DNA of 64,000 bases from Planctomycetota bacterium (GCA_965228735.1 OZ245838.1:3072001-3136000); one strand, 5' to 3'. Shown: positions 27,276 to 37,458, numbered from the stretch's first letter. Notes: generated from the sequence alone by a model not told the origin. Numbers and translations: made by a program.

Positions 27276-30200
27276 ATGCGAACGCGTGCAGCCAGCGTCT
27301 TCGTCTGCCTCGCCCTCGCGGCAACCGCCGCCCCACAGGGCGAGCCGCACAACGGTCCGCGCCCCGTCACGCCCGACTGGTATGCGCTCACGGGCGCCAC
27401 CGTCGTCACGGCACCCGGGCAACGCCTCGCCGGCGTCAGCGTCGTGGTGCGCGGCGGCCGCATCGTCGACGTCACGGACGACGTGCCGGCCGGCGCGACA
27501 CGCATCGACTGCTCCGGTACGACCATCTACCCGGGCCTGATCGAACCGTTCCTGCCCGTCGACTCGCCGGCGCGCGAACCGGACCGCAACGACGCGCACT
27601 GGAGCCCGATGATCCAGCCGCAGCGCGGCGCGCTCGACGGCGACGGGCTGACCGAGGACGACCGCGAAGAACTGCGTGCCCTCGGTTTCGCGGCTGCTGG
27701 AGTCAGCCCGATCGGCGGCATCGTCACCGGCTCGCAGAGCGTCGTGTTGCTCGACGAGCCCGGCCCGACGGAGCGCACGCGCGTGATCCGCGAGCACGCT
27801 GGCCTCGTCGTTCGCCTCGCGCGCAACCGCGGCAGCTACCCGAACAGCGAGATGGGCGCCATCGCGATGCTGCGCCAGACGCTGCTCGATGGGCGGTGGT
27901 ACGACCGCGCGATGCGGGCGGTCGAACGCGATCCGCAACTCGCGAGCGACGCGCCGCCGGTGTCGGCCGCGCTCGCCGCGATGGCGCGACACGCGCAGCT
28001 GCCGCTCTGGCTCGATACGAGCAACGAGCTGCAGGCCCTGCGCCTGCTGCGGATCGCGGCCGAGATGAACCGCGACGCGATCCTCGTCGGCAGCGGCATG
28101 GAGTTTCGCCGCCTCGCCGCGATCGCCGGCGCCGAGCGCCCGATCGTCGTCCCGCTCGAGTTCCCCCGCGCGCCCCGCCTCGACTCGGCCGCAGCCGCCG
28201 CTGCGGTCTCGCTGCGCCAGTTGCTCACGTTCGAGCAGGCGCCGACCAACAGCGCCCGACTCCACCGCGCCAGCGCGAAGTTCGCGTGGACGACCGCGCG
28301 CATGAACCGTCGCAGCGACTTCCGCAAGCGCATGCACGAGGCCATGCAGTGCGGGGTCGACGAGGACGCGGCGCTGAAGGCGCTCACGACCGTGCCCGCC
28401 GAGCTGCTCGGCGTGAGCGCGCAGCTCGGCACGATCGCACCCGGCAAGCTCGCCAACCTCGTCGTCGTCGACGGCAACCTGTTCGATCCCGACAGCGCGA
28501 TTCGCGCGGTATGGGTCGCGGGGCGGCAGCACGAGATCGAGCCCCGGAGCGCCGAGGCGCTCGACGGCGACTGGCGCCTCACGAAGTGGCCAGCAGCCGG
28601 CAAGGCGCCGCAGCTGGCGATCGACGGCGACAGTGTCGAACTCACCGCCGGCGAGGATCGGCTGAAGACCGCGGTCGGCACGCGCGACGCGCACGCGATC
28701 GCGTTGCGGGTTCGCGACGCGTTCGGCCAGGGCAGCGGCGTGTGCTGGCTCCGCCTGCAGCGCGCAGGTGAGGGCCTCTCCGGCACGGGCACGCGCCCCG
28801 ATGGCACCACGTTCGTCATCGCCGCGGAACGCTCGGATCCGGCAACCCCGACCGACCCGGAACGGGAGGACCCGTTCGAACCGCCACCGCTGTCACCGCT
28901 GCCGACCCCCCTCGGCGGCTACGGCACGCCGACACAGCCAGCACCGGAATCGTTCGCGATCACCAACGCGACGATCTGGCCGTCGGACGGACGCGGCGTG
29001 ATCGAGAACGGCGCCGTTGTCGTGCGCGATGGCCGCATCGTGTTCGCCGGCGCGGCCGAGGACATGCCGGCGCTGGCAGCCGGAACGCGCCGCATCGACG
29101 GCCGCGGCCGACACGTCACGCCCGGCCTCATCGATTGCCACTCGCACACCGGTATCTCGGGCGGCGTCAACGAAAGCGGCCAGGCGGTGACCGCGGAAGT
29201 GCGCATCCAGGACGTCATCGATCCCGATGACGCCAACTGGTACCGCCAGCTCGCCGGCGGCGTCACGGCCGTCAACCAGCTGCACGGCTCGGCCAACGCG
29301 ATCGGCGGCCAGAGCTCGACCGTCAAGCTGCGCTACGGCTGCGCGCACCCCGACGAGATGCGCATCGACGGCGCTCCGGGCGGCATGAAATGGGCGCTCG
29401 GCGAGAACCCGCGCCGCGCGAACGGCAACCGCGAGCAGACGCGCTACCCGAGCACGCGCATGGGTGTCGAGGCCCTCATTCGCGACCGCCTCGTCGCAGC
29501 GCAGGCCTACCAGCGGGAGCACACGGCCTACTCCGAACTCGGGCCGCAAGAACGCGCACGCGTCGTGCCGCCGCGGCGCGACCTGGAGCTCGAGGCCATC
29601 GCGGAGATCCTCGCCGGCGATCGCTGGATCCACTGTCACAGCTACCGCCAGGACGAGATCTTCATGCTGTGCGGCGTGGCCGAGGAGTTCGGCTTCAAGA
29701 TCGGCACCCTGCAGCACGTTCTCGAGGGCTACAAGGTCGCCGACGCGATCGCGGCGAACGCGCGCGGCGCGTCGTCCTTCAGCGACTGGTGGGCCTACAA
29801 GTTCGAGGTCTTCGACGCGATCCCGCACAACGGCGCGCTCATGCACGAGGCCGGCGTCGTCGTGTCGTTCAACAGCGACAGCAGTGAACACGCGCGCCGG
29901 CTCAACACCGAGGCTGGCAAGGCCGTGAAGTACGGCGGCGTGCCGCCGGCCGAGGCGCTGGGCTTCGTCACCCGGAATCCGGCGATGCAGCTCGGCATCT
30001 TCGATCGCACGGGTTCCCTGACGGCCGGGAAGGACGCGGACGTCGCGCTGTGGTCGGGCAACCCGCTCAGCTACGCCGCGCGCTGCGTGGCGACGTGGGT
30101 CGACGGCCGGCCGTTGTTCTCGCTCAGCCGCGACGCGCGGCTGCGGACCCGGATCACCGAAGAACGCGCGCGGCTGCTGCAGAAGGCCGCGCTCGCCACG

Positions 30201-30329
30201 CGCCGCCAGCGCGGCGGCGGTGCCGACGGTGCGGGCGGCGACCGATTGCGCGACGCCTACTGGCGGGCCGAGTATCTCGAGGACGCGTACTGCTGCCGCA
30301 ACCACACGCTGAACGGAGGCAACCGATGA
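27276..30329 (+). CDS. Secreted two-domain amidohydrolase family protein
   Basis: Signal peptide; first domain PGLIEPF (no His pair), GTIAPGKLANL; second domain PGLIDCHSH, HCHSYRQDE, QHVLEGYK, NSD, GSLTAGKDAD. Confidence 0.9.
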   Translation: MRTRAASVFVCLALAATAAPQGEPHNGPRPVTPDWYALTGATVVTAPGQRLAGVSVVVRGGRIVDVTDDVPAGATRIDCSGTTIYPGLIEPFLPVDSPAREPDRNDAHWSPMIQPQRGALDGDGLTEDDREELRALGFAAAGVSPIGGIVTGSQSVVLLDEPGPTERTRVIREHAGLVVRLARNRGSYPNSEMGAIAMLRQTLLDGRWYDRAMRAVERDPQLASDAPPVSAALAAMARHAQLPLWLDTSNELQALRLLRIAAEMNRDAILVGSGMEFRRLAAIAGAERPIVVPLEFPRAPRLDSAAAAAAVSLRQLLTFEQAPTNSARLHRASAKFAWTTARMNRRSDFRKRMHEAMQCGVDEDAALKALTTVPAELLGVSAQLGTIAPGKLANLVVVDGNLFDPDSAIRAVWVAGRQHEIEPRSAEALDGDWRLTKWPAAGKAPQLAIDGDSVELTAGEDRLKTAVGTRDAHAIALRVRDAFGQGSGVCWLRLQRAGEGLSGTGTRPDGTTFVIAAERSDPATPTDPEREDPFEPPPLSPLPTPLGGYGTPTQPAPESFAITNATIWPSDGRGVIENGAVVVRDGRIVFAGAAEDMPALAAGTRRIDGRGRHVTPGLIDCHSHTGISGGVNESGQAVTAEVRIQDVIDPDDANWYRQLAGGVTAVNQLHGSANAIGGQSSTVKLRYGCAHPDEMRIDGAPGGMKWALGENPRRANGNREQTRYPSTRMGVEALIRDRLVAAQAYQREHTAYSELGPQERARVVPPRRDLELEAIAEILAGDRWIHCHSYRQDEIFMLCGVAEEFGFKIGTLQHVLEGYKVADAIAANARGASSFSDWWAYKFEVFDAIPHNGALMHEAGVVVSFNSDSSEHARRLNTEAGKAVKYGGVPPAEALGFVTRNPAMQLGIFDRTGSLTAGKDADVALWSGNPLSYAARCVATWVDGRPLFSLSRDARLRTRITEERARLLQKAALATRRQRGGGADGAGGDRLRDAYWRAEYLEDAYCCRNHTLNGGNR

Positions 30330-31687
30330 CCGCTTCTCGCACCGGCTTCTTCGCGCCAGGGGCGCTCACGGCGCTCGTCGTGGCAACGGTCACGAGCGCG
30401 ACTTCGGCGCAGGATCTGCTGCCGAAGGGCGCGCCCGAGCTGCGGCCCGTCCTGCTGCAGAACGGCACGATCCACACGATCAGCGCCGGCACCGTGCTCG
30501 GCGGCACGGTGTGGTTCCACGAGGGCAAGATCCGCGGCGTGACGACGCGCGGCGTGATGCCGGCGATCCCGCCCGGCACCGAACCGCGCAAGATCGACCT
30601 GCAGGGTCGCGACGTGTACCCCGGCATGATCGCGGCGGCGACGACGCTCGGTCTGCAGGAGATCGGCCAGGTGCGCCAGTCGGTCGACGTCAACGAGATC
30701 GGCGACATGACGCCCGAGGTGCTGGCCGCGGTCGCGCTCAATCCGGACTCGACGGCGATTCCCGTCGCCCGTTCCAACGGCGTGCTCGCCGCCGCGGTGT
30801 TTCCGGGGGGCGGCCTGATCGCAGGCCGCGCGTCGATCATCCAACTCGACGGCTGGACCAACGCCGACATGACCGTGATCCGCGACGCCGGGCCCGTGGT
30901 CTCCTGGCCGGCGATGGCGTTCGGTCAGCGCCCGCGCCGGCGCAGTCCGGTGGCGCGCGAGACGAGCGACCCGAACGAGCGCGCGCGCCAGCGCCGGGCG
31001 GCGATCGACCGCGCGTTCCGTGACGCCCGCGCGTGGTCTCGCGCGCACCGCGCCGATCCGAACTTCCCGATCGACGTGCGACACCAGGCACTCACCGCGG
31101 CCGCGCGCGGTGAGAAGCCCGTGTTCCTCTTGGCCGACGAGGTCGAAGCGATCGAGTCGGCCGTGCACTGGGCCACGGATCTCGGCCTGCGTCCCGTGAT
31201 CGTCGGTGGCCGCGATGCGCACGAATGCGCGCGGCTGCTCGTCGAGCGCGAGGTGCCCGTCATCCTGCAGGGCGTGCACAACATGCCGCGGCGCAGCGAC
31301 AGCGCCTTCGACGAACCGTTCACGTTGCCGGCGCGCCTGCACCGGGCGGGGGTGAAGTTCTGCATCGCCTCGGGCGACGGCTACAGCAACGAACGGAACC
31401 TGCCCTACCACGCGGCCACGGCCGCCGCGTTCGGCCTCGACCGGCGCGAGGCGCTCGCGGCCGTGACGCTGCGCGTCGCGGAGATCCTCGGCTGCAGCGA
31501 CCGGCTCGGCGCGCTGAAGGCCGGCTGCGACGCGACGTTGTTCGTGTGCGATGGCAACCCACTCGAGCTCACGACGTCCATCGAGCTCGCGTTCATCCGC
31601 GGCCGCCAGGTCGACCTGCGCAACAAGCAGACGGAGCTCGCGAAGAAGTATCGCGAGCGCTACCGCCAGCTGCGTGAGTCGAAGTAG
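30326..31687 (+). CDS. Secreted amidohydrolase-like protein, probably a non-catalytic partner
   Basis: Start ATG 30326 after GGAGG; PGMIAAATTLG lacks HxH; RNLPYHAA, GALKAGCDATLF. Confidence 0.88.
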   Translation: MTASRTGFFAPGALTALVVATVTSATSAQDLLPKGAPELRPVLLQNGTIHTISAGTVLGGTVWFHEGKIRGVTTRGVMPAIPPGTEPRKIDLQGRDVYPGMIAAATTLGLQEIGQVRQSVDVNEIGDMTPEVLAAVALNPDSTAIPVARSNGVLAAAVFPGGGLIAGRASIIQLDGWTNADMTVIRDAGPVVSWPAMAFGQRPRRRSPVARETSDPNERARQRRAAIDRAFRDARAWSRAHRADPNFPIDVRHQALTAAARGEKPVFLLADEVEAIESAVHWATDLGLRPVIVGGRDAHECARLLVEREVPVILQGVHNMPRRSDSAFDEPFTLPARLHRAGVKFCIASGDGYSNERNLPYHAATAAAFGLDRREALAAVTLRVAEILGCSDRLGALKAGCDATLFVCDGNPLELTTSIELAFIRGRQVDLRNKQTELAKKYRERYRQLRESK

Positions 31688-31708
31688 GCCCTGATTGCCG
31701 CACGGCGA

Positions 31709-32209
31709 TCACCGCTGCAGCAGCGCGCCTGCGAGCGTCGCGACATCCGCAACGAACGCGGTTGCGCCGGCTGATTCGAGGCGGGCGCGGTGGGACTCGG
31801 CACCGATGCCGTGCGGTTCGATCGCAAGCGCGATGCAGCCCGCGCCGCGGGCGGCCTCGACGTCGCTGGGATTGTCGCCGAGCATCCAGGCCCGCTCGAC
31901 GGCGAGCGCCCGGCCCGCGCTCGCGAGGCGTTCGACCGCGAGCCGGACCGGCGCGGGATCGGGCTTGGTCGGGCCGTCGTCCGTCGTGACCAGGGCACCG
32001 ACGAACTCGCGCAGCCCGTGGCGTGACAGCACCGACTCGGCGAGCTGCCGCGGACACGTCGTCACGACTCCGATCGGCCAGCGCTCGGCGAGCGCGGCGA
32101 GCACCTCCGGCACGACGAGCGCGGTCCGGGCGTAGATGTCCGCGAGCACGCCGTCGAGGTCGAAGATCAACGCCTCGGGCGCGGGCAGCGCGGACAGCGG
32201 CGAGGTCAC
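31709..32209 (-). CDS. HAD-superfamily hydrolase (short)
   Basis: FDLDGVL motif I, KPDP, GDNPSD motif IV; GTGA overlap with the cytochrome gene. Confidence 0.88.
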   Translation of the reverse strand: MTSPLSALPAPEALIFDLDGVLADIYARTALVVPEVLAALAERWPIGVVTTCPRQLAESVLSRHGLREFVGALVTTDDGPTKPDPAPVRLAVERLASAGRALAVERAWMLGDNPSDVEAARGAGCIALAIEPHGIGAESHRARLESAGATAFVADVATLAGALLQR

Positions 32210-34320
32210 CGCTGTGACCCCAGGAACTGCCAGATCGCTTCGAACTGCTTCTGCGCGTCGCCGCCGAGAATCTCGGTGAACGCCGTCTTGCCGTTCTGAT
32301 TGGCGTACTTCGGCATCCGCGCGTCAGGATCGATGCGCGGCGGATCCAACAGCCAGCGCGAGTAATACTCGTGGCGCAACCGCTTCCGCGCGAGATACAG
32401 CTCGATGCCCTCGCGCTCGAAGACCTGCTCGGCCTTCTTGTCGCCGAGCGCGTGGCACTGCACGCAGCCGAAACCCGTACCCTGCATGAGCAACGCGCGG
32501 CCGTGGATCGCCATCTGCGCATTCGGCGCGACCTGCGGTTCGTCACCCGCGCCGTAGCCGTGCTCGCGCACGAGCCCCGCGGTGATCGGCGCGCCGCGCA
32601 ATTCGAACGCCGGCATGCGAGCGTGCAGCCATGGGCGCGGCGAGGGCAGCTTGCCCGTGACGAACTGCTCGATCCAGCTCGGCTGCAGCTTGCTGCCGAC
32701 CCACGTCAGCGCGGGCACGCCCTGGGCGGCGGGATCCTGCTCGGGCGGCAACGGCTCGTCGAGTGCGAGCTCGTTGGCGACCTGGGCCCACGTCGACGGC
32801 TGGTCGTCCAGCGCATGACACGCCGTGCAGCGCTGGACGGCGAGGTGCCGCTGGGCATAGTCGATCGGCGAGAGCCGGAACGGCGCGGTCTCCGCGTGCG
32901 GCAGGAACGCGCGCAACGCCGCGATCTCGACCTTACCGAGCCGATGGTTCGGGGCATCGCCGCGCGCGGCCGGGGTGTCCGCGAGACAACCGCGCTTCAC
33001 CTTGAGGTTCTGCAGGTCGGGCGCGATCTCGTCGTCGATCGGAACGTCGAGTTCGTGGCACGCCGCGCACTGCTTGCGTTGCGCGATGCGCCGCCCCTTC
33101 GCCGCGTCGCCATCGACGACGGGCAATGCGACGGACTGCCCCTTCGGAGTCGCGATGAGCAGGTAGGCCGTCAGCTCGATCGCCTCGTCGCGCGACAGCT
33201 TCATGTCCGGCATCCGAACGTGCGGATAGAACTGCTGCGGATCCTGCAGGTAGGCCACGAGCGCCGCGGCGTGCCACTTCTGCCGCACGTGGTGCAGCGG
33301 CAACCGGTCGCCGAGATTGCTCTCGTCGGGCGCGCGATCCGGCGGCACATGACACGCGATGCAGCCGAGCTGCAGGAAGCGGTCCTTGCCCGCGCCGGCC
33401 TTGCCCGCCGGCGGGTCGAACGCGAGCGGCGCGCCAAGGCTCGCGAGCCAAGTCGCGACGTCGGCCGCATCCTCCGTCGTGAGGGCGAATCCCGGCATGC
33501 GCGCGTCGTGCCGGAACGCGGTCGGATCCAAGAGCCACGCCGCCATCCAGTCGCGCCGAAGGCGCGAACCGACGGTGCGCAGGTCGGGCCCGCCCGCGCT
33601 CAGCTCGCCGTAGGCCGACTCACCGTAGCCGCGCTGATCGAACTGATGGCAGCGCGCGCAGCGCCGCTCGCCGAACAGCTGCTGCCCGAGACGACGTTCC
33701 TCGCCCTTCGCGATATCGGCGTCGTCGGCCGGCCACGACAGCAGCTGCGGCTGGATCGGCTCGAACCCGCAGTCGGGCGGCGCCCAGAACAGGCGCAGCT
33801 CGCCGTCGCCGAACGCCGAGCTCTCGAACGTCAACCGCAGGTCGTTCTCGCCCTTGCCGAGCCGGACGGACTTCTCGGTCTCGAGCGGCTGACCGGCGCG
33901 CAGTCCGCCCTCGAGCACGACCTTGTCCTTGATCTCGAGCTTGACCTTGCCGCGCCCGACGATGCGGAAGCGGTAACGGTCGCGCGACGGCACCGTGACC
34001 TTCGCCTCGAACGTCGCGCGGAAGTAGCCGGGTTCGAGGAACGGCGACGGCACCTCGCCGCGCTCGACCGCGAGCGACAGCAGCCGCGCGCGCTGACTCT
34101 GCACCTGGGGCTCACGCCCCCGTGGCAGCACCCGCTCGAACGTCACCTTCGCGCCGCGCACGTTGCCGCCCTGCGGCGCCCGCCCGACGCCCGGCTCGAC
34201 GTGCCGCTCGACGTGCCGCTCGGCGTGCCGATCGGCGACGGCCGCGCCGCCGCCGATCGCAGTGCAGACGACCGTCGCGGCCGCCCACGCGAGAACGATC
34301 CAACCGATCCGCGCCTGCAT
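32206..34320 (-). CDS. Secreted pentaheme c-type cytochrome with N-terminal PA14-like domain
   Basis: CARCH 33646-33660, CIACH 33349-33363, CAACH 33055-33069, CTACH 32815-32829, CVQCH 32452-32466; four RMP Met-ligand motifs; PA14-like FRATFEAKVTVP...VRLGKGENDLRL...LRLFW. Confidence 0.9.
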   Translation of the reverse strand: MQARIGWIVLAWAAATVVCTAIGGGAAVADRHAERHVERHVEPGVGRAPQGGNVRGAKVTFERVLPRGREPQVQSQRARLLSLAVERGEVPSPFLEPGYFRATFEAKVTVPSRDRYRFRIVGRGKVKLEIKDKVVLEGGLRAGQPLETEKSVRLGKGENDLRLTFESSAFGDGELRLFWAPPDCGFEPIQPQLLSWPADDADIAKGEERRLGQQLFGERRCARCHQFDQRGYGESAYGELSAGGPDLRTVGSRLRRDWMAAWLLDPTAFRHDARMPGFALTTEDAADVATWLASLGAPLAFDPPAGKAGAGKDRFLQLGCIACHVPPDRAPDESNLGDRLPLHHVRQKWHAAALVAYLQDPQQFYPHVRMPDMKLSRDEAIELTAYLLIATPKGQSVALPVVDGDAAKGRRIAQRKQCAACHELDVPIDDEIAPDLQNLKVKRGCLADTPAARGDAPNHRLGKVEIAALRAFLPHAETAPFRLSPIDYAQRHLAVQRCTACHALDDQPSTWAQVANELALDEPLPPEQDPAAQGVPALTWVGSKLQPSWIEQFVTGKLPSPRPWLHARMPAFELRGAPITAGLVREHGYGAGDEPQVAPNAQMAIHGRALLMQGTGFGCVQCHALGDKKAEQVFEREGIELYLARKRLRHEYYSRWLLDPPRIDPDARMPKYANQNGKTAFTEILGGDAQKQFEAIWQFLGSQR

Positions 34321-37274
34321 CAGAAGCCCGGGTTCTTGCGCAGTTCGTGGATGGTGTTGTGCAGCTCGCCCTTGAGCTGCTCACCCGCGGCCGTGTCGAC
34401 GTTCCAGTTGATGCGCATCTGGTGCACGGGCTTCATGCCCTCGATCGCGAGGAAGACCGTCTTCTGGTCCGGCCCGACCTTCGCGCTCGTGATCTTCAGC
34501 GGGTCACGGTTCTTCTTGCCGCGTTCGACCTCGCGCCCGGGTTCGAGCACCGACAGCTCGGGCGAGCCGTAGGCCTGCGAGTAACGGTAGTTCCAGACCT
34601 CGACGCCGTAGCTCTCCGGGTCCTCCGCATACTCGAGATCGAGCGCCTGTGGGAACGTCACGTAAACGCCCTCGTCGCACGTCACGAGCTTCGTCGGGAT
34701 GTCGAGCGGCGCGTCCACACGGCGCACGCGATGGAACCCACCCTCGCGCGCGGCGCTCGTCTGCCAGCCCTTGAGTCCGATGACGTAGAGCTGACCGTCG
34801 TGCGGCGAGAAGCGCGGCCGCATGCAACTCGACGAGAAGTCGACGGGCAGCCGCACGACGCCGCCCTGCACCGGCCCTTCATGGTTGCGCGGCCACTCGG
34901 GCATCACGAGGTAGACGGAGCACGTGCCGTAGGAACAGTGCAGGACCGACCCCTGCAGATCGCCCCACTCTTCCGACGTGACGAGCACCTGGCCGCCGCT
35001 GCTGTTGTCGACCTCCATCGGCATCCAGCACAAGGGCAGGTCCGGGCGATCGGGCACCGGCGTGCGATGCGCGCAGTCCTTGACGCCGGCGTAGAAGCCC
35101 GGCTCGTAGAACCAGTTGAGCCGGCACCGCGGCATGTAGGTGCCCTCGTTGTCGCCCGAGGTGAACACCGTGCCGTGCGCACCCTCGTGGACACCGATGC
35201 CGTTGGGCGCGCGCATGCCCGTCGCGATCGGTTCGATCGTCGCGCCGTCCTTGCTGACCTTGAGGATCGTGCCGTGGTGCGGCGCGATGCGCTGGAAGCC
35301 GCGGCCGCCCGGGTTCACCGGCGCCCCCTTGCTGAGATAGAAGTTGCCGGCCTTGTCGGTCTGCAGGTCGAACGCGAACTCGTGGAACGCGTGCGTCACG
35401 TAGACCTGATTGTTGAAGCACTCGTACCAGTCGGCCTCGCCGTTCTTGTCCGTATCGTGCAGTCGCGTGATGCCGTCGCGCCCGTGCACGTGGATCACGC
35501 CGCCGACGACCTTGAGACCGAGCGGGTCATAGAGCCCGGTCGCGAACCGCGTCCAGCGCAGCTCGTCGAGGTCCTCGTCGATGCCTTCGACGATCCAGAC
35601 GTCGCCGTTCCAGGTCGAGACCGCCGCACTCGTCTCGCCGACGAAGTCGAACGCCCCGGTCCGCATGCGCGAGCCGAACCGGTTCTCGAACGGAATCGTG
35701 ATCGTGTCGACCGCGAAGCCGCCCTCCGCGTCGCCACGCGTGCCCTTGGTCGTGATCGCATCGCCCCACTGGCGCGGCGCCGGCCGCCGCGGCAGCGGCG
35801 CGACGGCATCGTCCTCGAACACCTTGCCGAGCGCCTCGATGGCCTTGTCGTCGCCGGCCGCCATCCGCAGCTGCAGCCGCATCGGCTCGGCATGCGCCGG
35901 CACCTTGACGAGGATGCGGTTGGTCTCGACGACGAACTCCGCCGGATCGCCGTGCATCGTCGCCATCAGGTTCTGCCGGCTGCGCCCAACCGCGTCGACC
36001 GCGGCGCGGAACGAGTCGGCGAAGACATCGATCTCCGAGAAGAACGTGCCGCCGTTCTCCACGTGCAGCAGCAGGTGACGGAACGTGCCGAGGCCGTCCT
36101 TCTGGCTCGAGCTCGCTGCGTGCTTGTCACCGGGCCCGAGCTCCGAACTGTCGACCTTGGCGATGCGGGTCCAGCCGGCCTTCTCGGGGTCCTTGGCCTC
36201 GACGTCGGGCGCGGTCGCGGCGGCGCTGCCGTAGATCGTGTAGCGCTGGGTCGCGCGATTGCCCTTGTGCCACGAGTAGGTGCTGATGCGTGACACGGGC
36301 ACCGACTTCTGCAGATCGATGTGCAGGCGACCGCGATCGGAGCGACGCTTGCCGACCTGGTGCTTGTCGAACCAGCAGCTGCCGGCCCAGTCGTCGTCGT
36401 TCTTGCTCGCAACACCGTCCATCAGCGCAGCGACGCCGCCGCCCTTGCCGTTGACCGGCGCGAACTCGCCGCCGACCCGCGTGATCACGGCGCCCGTGCC
36501 GCTGCTGCTGTCGAGGTAGTCGCCAGCGCTCGGGCCTCCCATCGAAAGATCGGACCAATCGACGGTCGTGCCGTCGAGCTCGACGAGGCCATCGACCTCG
36601 GGCACCCATTGCAGCATCGCGACACGCTGCGGCGCGTTCATCTCCATCCGGCCGGCGAGCGCCCCGGCGGGCCCGTCGGCGACGACGAGGATCTGCTCCG
36701 ACTTCGACGGTCCGAGCTCGAGCGTGCGCGTCACGACCCCACCGGGCAGGTAGCCGTAGCCCTCGCGAACCTGCATGTCGTCGACGCGGTAGCCGACGAC
36801 GACCTGACCCTCCTTGAGCCACAGGCCTTCGTACTGCCCCCAGTCGCGCGGCAGCGGCCCGTCTTCGATCGAGCGCGGATCGTCGAGGTCGCCGCGGTGA
36901 GCCCAACCGGGACCGAGCGCCGTCTCCGTGACCTTGCGGCCGCGCAACGCGCACATCGGACCGTGCGCCCCGTCGTAGGCCGTGCCGCGCAGTCGCAGCC
37001 AGCCGTCCGTCCACGCCGCCGAGAGTCGCAGCAGCTCGGTGTCGAACGCGACCGCCCCGACCGGCTTGCCATCGTCCCCCGGCAACTTGACCACGACGCC
37101 CTTGATCGTGTTCCCGCTGCGACCGCCGCCTTCGAACGTGGTCATCAGGTACGGGCCATGATCCATCGAGTACGGCCAGTCCTTCTTCGGGGTGGCCGGG
37201 GCCTGGGCCACCAGGGAGGAGAAGCCGATCTCGACGGCAGCGAACAGAACGAGTGGGGTCGCGAGTCTGCGCAT
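34320..37274 (-). CDS. Secreted DUF6797-like protein with inserted discoidin/galactose-binding-like domain and C-terminal sorbosone-dehydrogenase-like beta-propeller
   Basis: Signal peptide; MDHGP...FDTELLRLSAAW N-domain; propeller motifs RFATGLYDPLGL, DTDKNGEADWYE, IATGMRAPNG, DNEG; stop overlaps the cytochrome start. Confidence 0.75.
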   Translation of the reverse strand: MRRLATPLVLFAAVEIGFSSLVAQAPATPKKDWPYSMDHGPYLMTTFEGGGRSGNTIKGVVVKLPGDDGKPVGAVAFDTELLRLSAAWTDGWLRLRGTAYDGAHGPMCALRGRKVTETALGPGWAHRGDLDDPRSIEDGPLPRDWGQYEGLWLKEGQVVVGYRVDDMQVREGYGYLPGGVVTRTLELGPSKSEQILVVADGPAGALAGRMEMNAPQRVAMLQWVPEVDGLVELDGTTVDWSDLSMGGPSAGDYLDSSSGTGAVITRVGGEFAPVNGKGGGVAALMDGVASKNDDDWAGSCWFDKHQVGKRRSDRGRLHIDLQKSVPVSRISTYSWHKGNRATQRYTIYGSAAATAPDVEAKDPEKAGWTRIAKVDSSELGPGDKHAASSSQKDGLGTFRHLLLHVENGGTFFSEIDVFADSFRAAVDAVGRSRQNLMATMHGDPAEFVVETNRILVKVPAHAEPMRLQLRMAAGDDKAIEALGKVFEDDAVAPLPRRPAPRQWGDAITTKGTRGDAEGGFAVDTITIPFENRFGSRMRTGAFDFVGETSAAVSTWNGDVWIVEGIDEDLDELRWTRFATGLYDPLGLKVVGGVIHVHGRDGITRLHDTDKNGEADWYECFNNQVYVTHAFHEFAFDLQTDKAGNFYLSKGAPVNPGGRGFQRIAPHHGTILKVSKDGATIEPIATGMRAPNGIGVHEGAHGTVFTSGDNEGTYMPRCRLNWFYEPGFYAGVKDCAHRTPVPDRPDLPLCWMPMEVDNSSGGQVLVTSEEWGDLQGSVLHCSYGTCSVYLVMPEWPRNHEGPVQGGVVRLPVDFSSSCMRPRFSPHDGQLYVIGLKGWQTSAAREGGFHRVRRVDAPLDIPTKLVTCDEGVYVTFPQALDLEYAEDPESYGVEVWNYRYSQAYGSPELSVLEPGREVERGKKNRDPLKITSAKVGPDQKTVFLAIEGMKPVHQMRINWNVDTAAGEQLKGELHNTIHELRKNPGF

Positions 37275-37458
37275 GATGAGCGGGCGGATCTTACGGGTCG
37301 CGGGCGAGGAGACGAGTCACGTTCCCGAGCGCACGGTGGCACCGCGCGTTCCGCGCCGGCCCGCCGAAATGGCAAGGGCTCGCGGACCCTGTGCCGATAG
37401 GCCCGAACGGAGAGGGCGGACAGCCGCCAGATCTCGTTCTGCCTGCACGCCGCCCGCG

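Noticed and set aside
32206..34320. Anammox-type (hydrazine/hydroxylamine oxidoreductase), NrfA or Mtr-type multiheme cytochrome
   Set aside because: Hemes are widely spaced in separate class I-like domains with Met ligands; no CxxCK motif, no dense heme packing and no adjacent porin gene.
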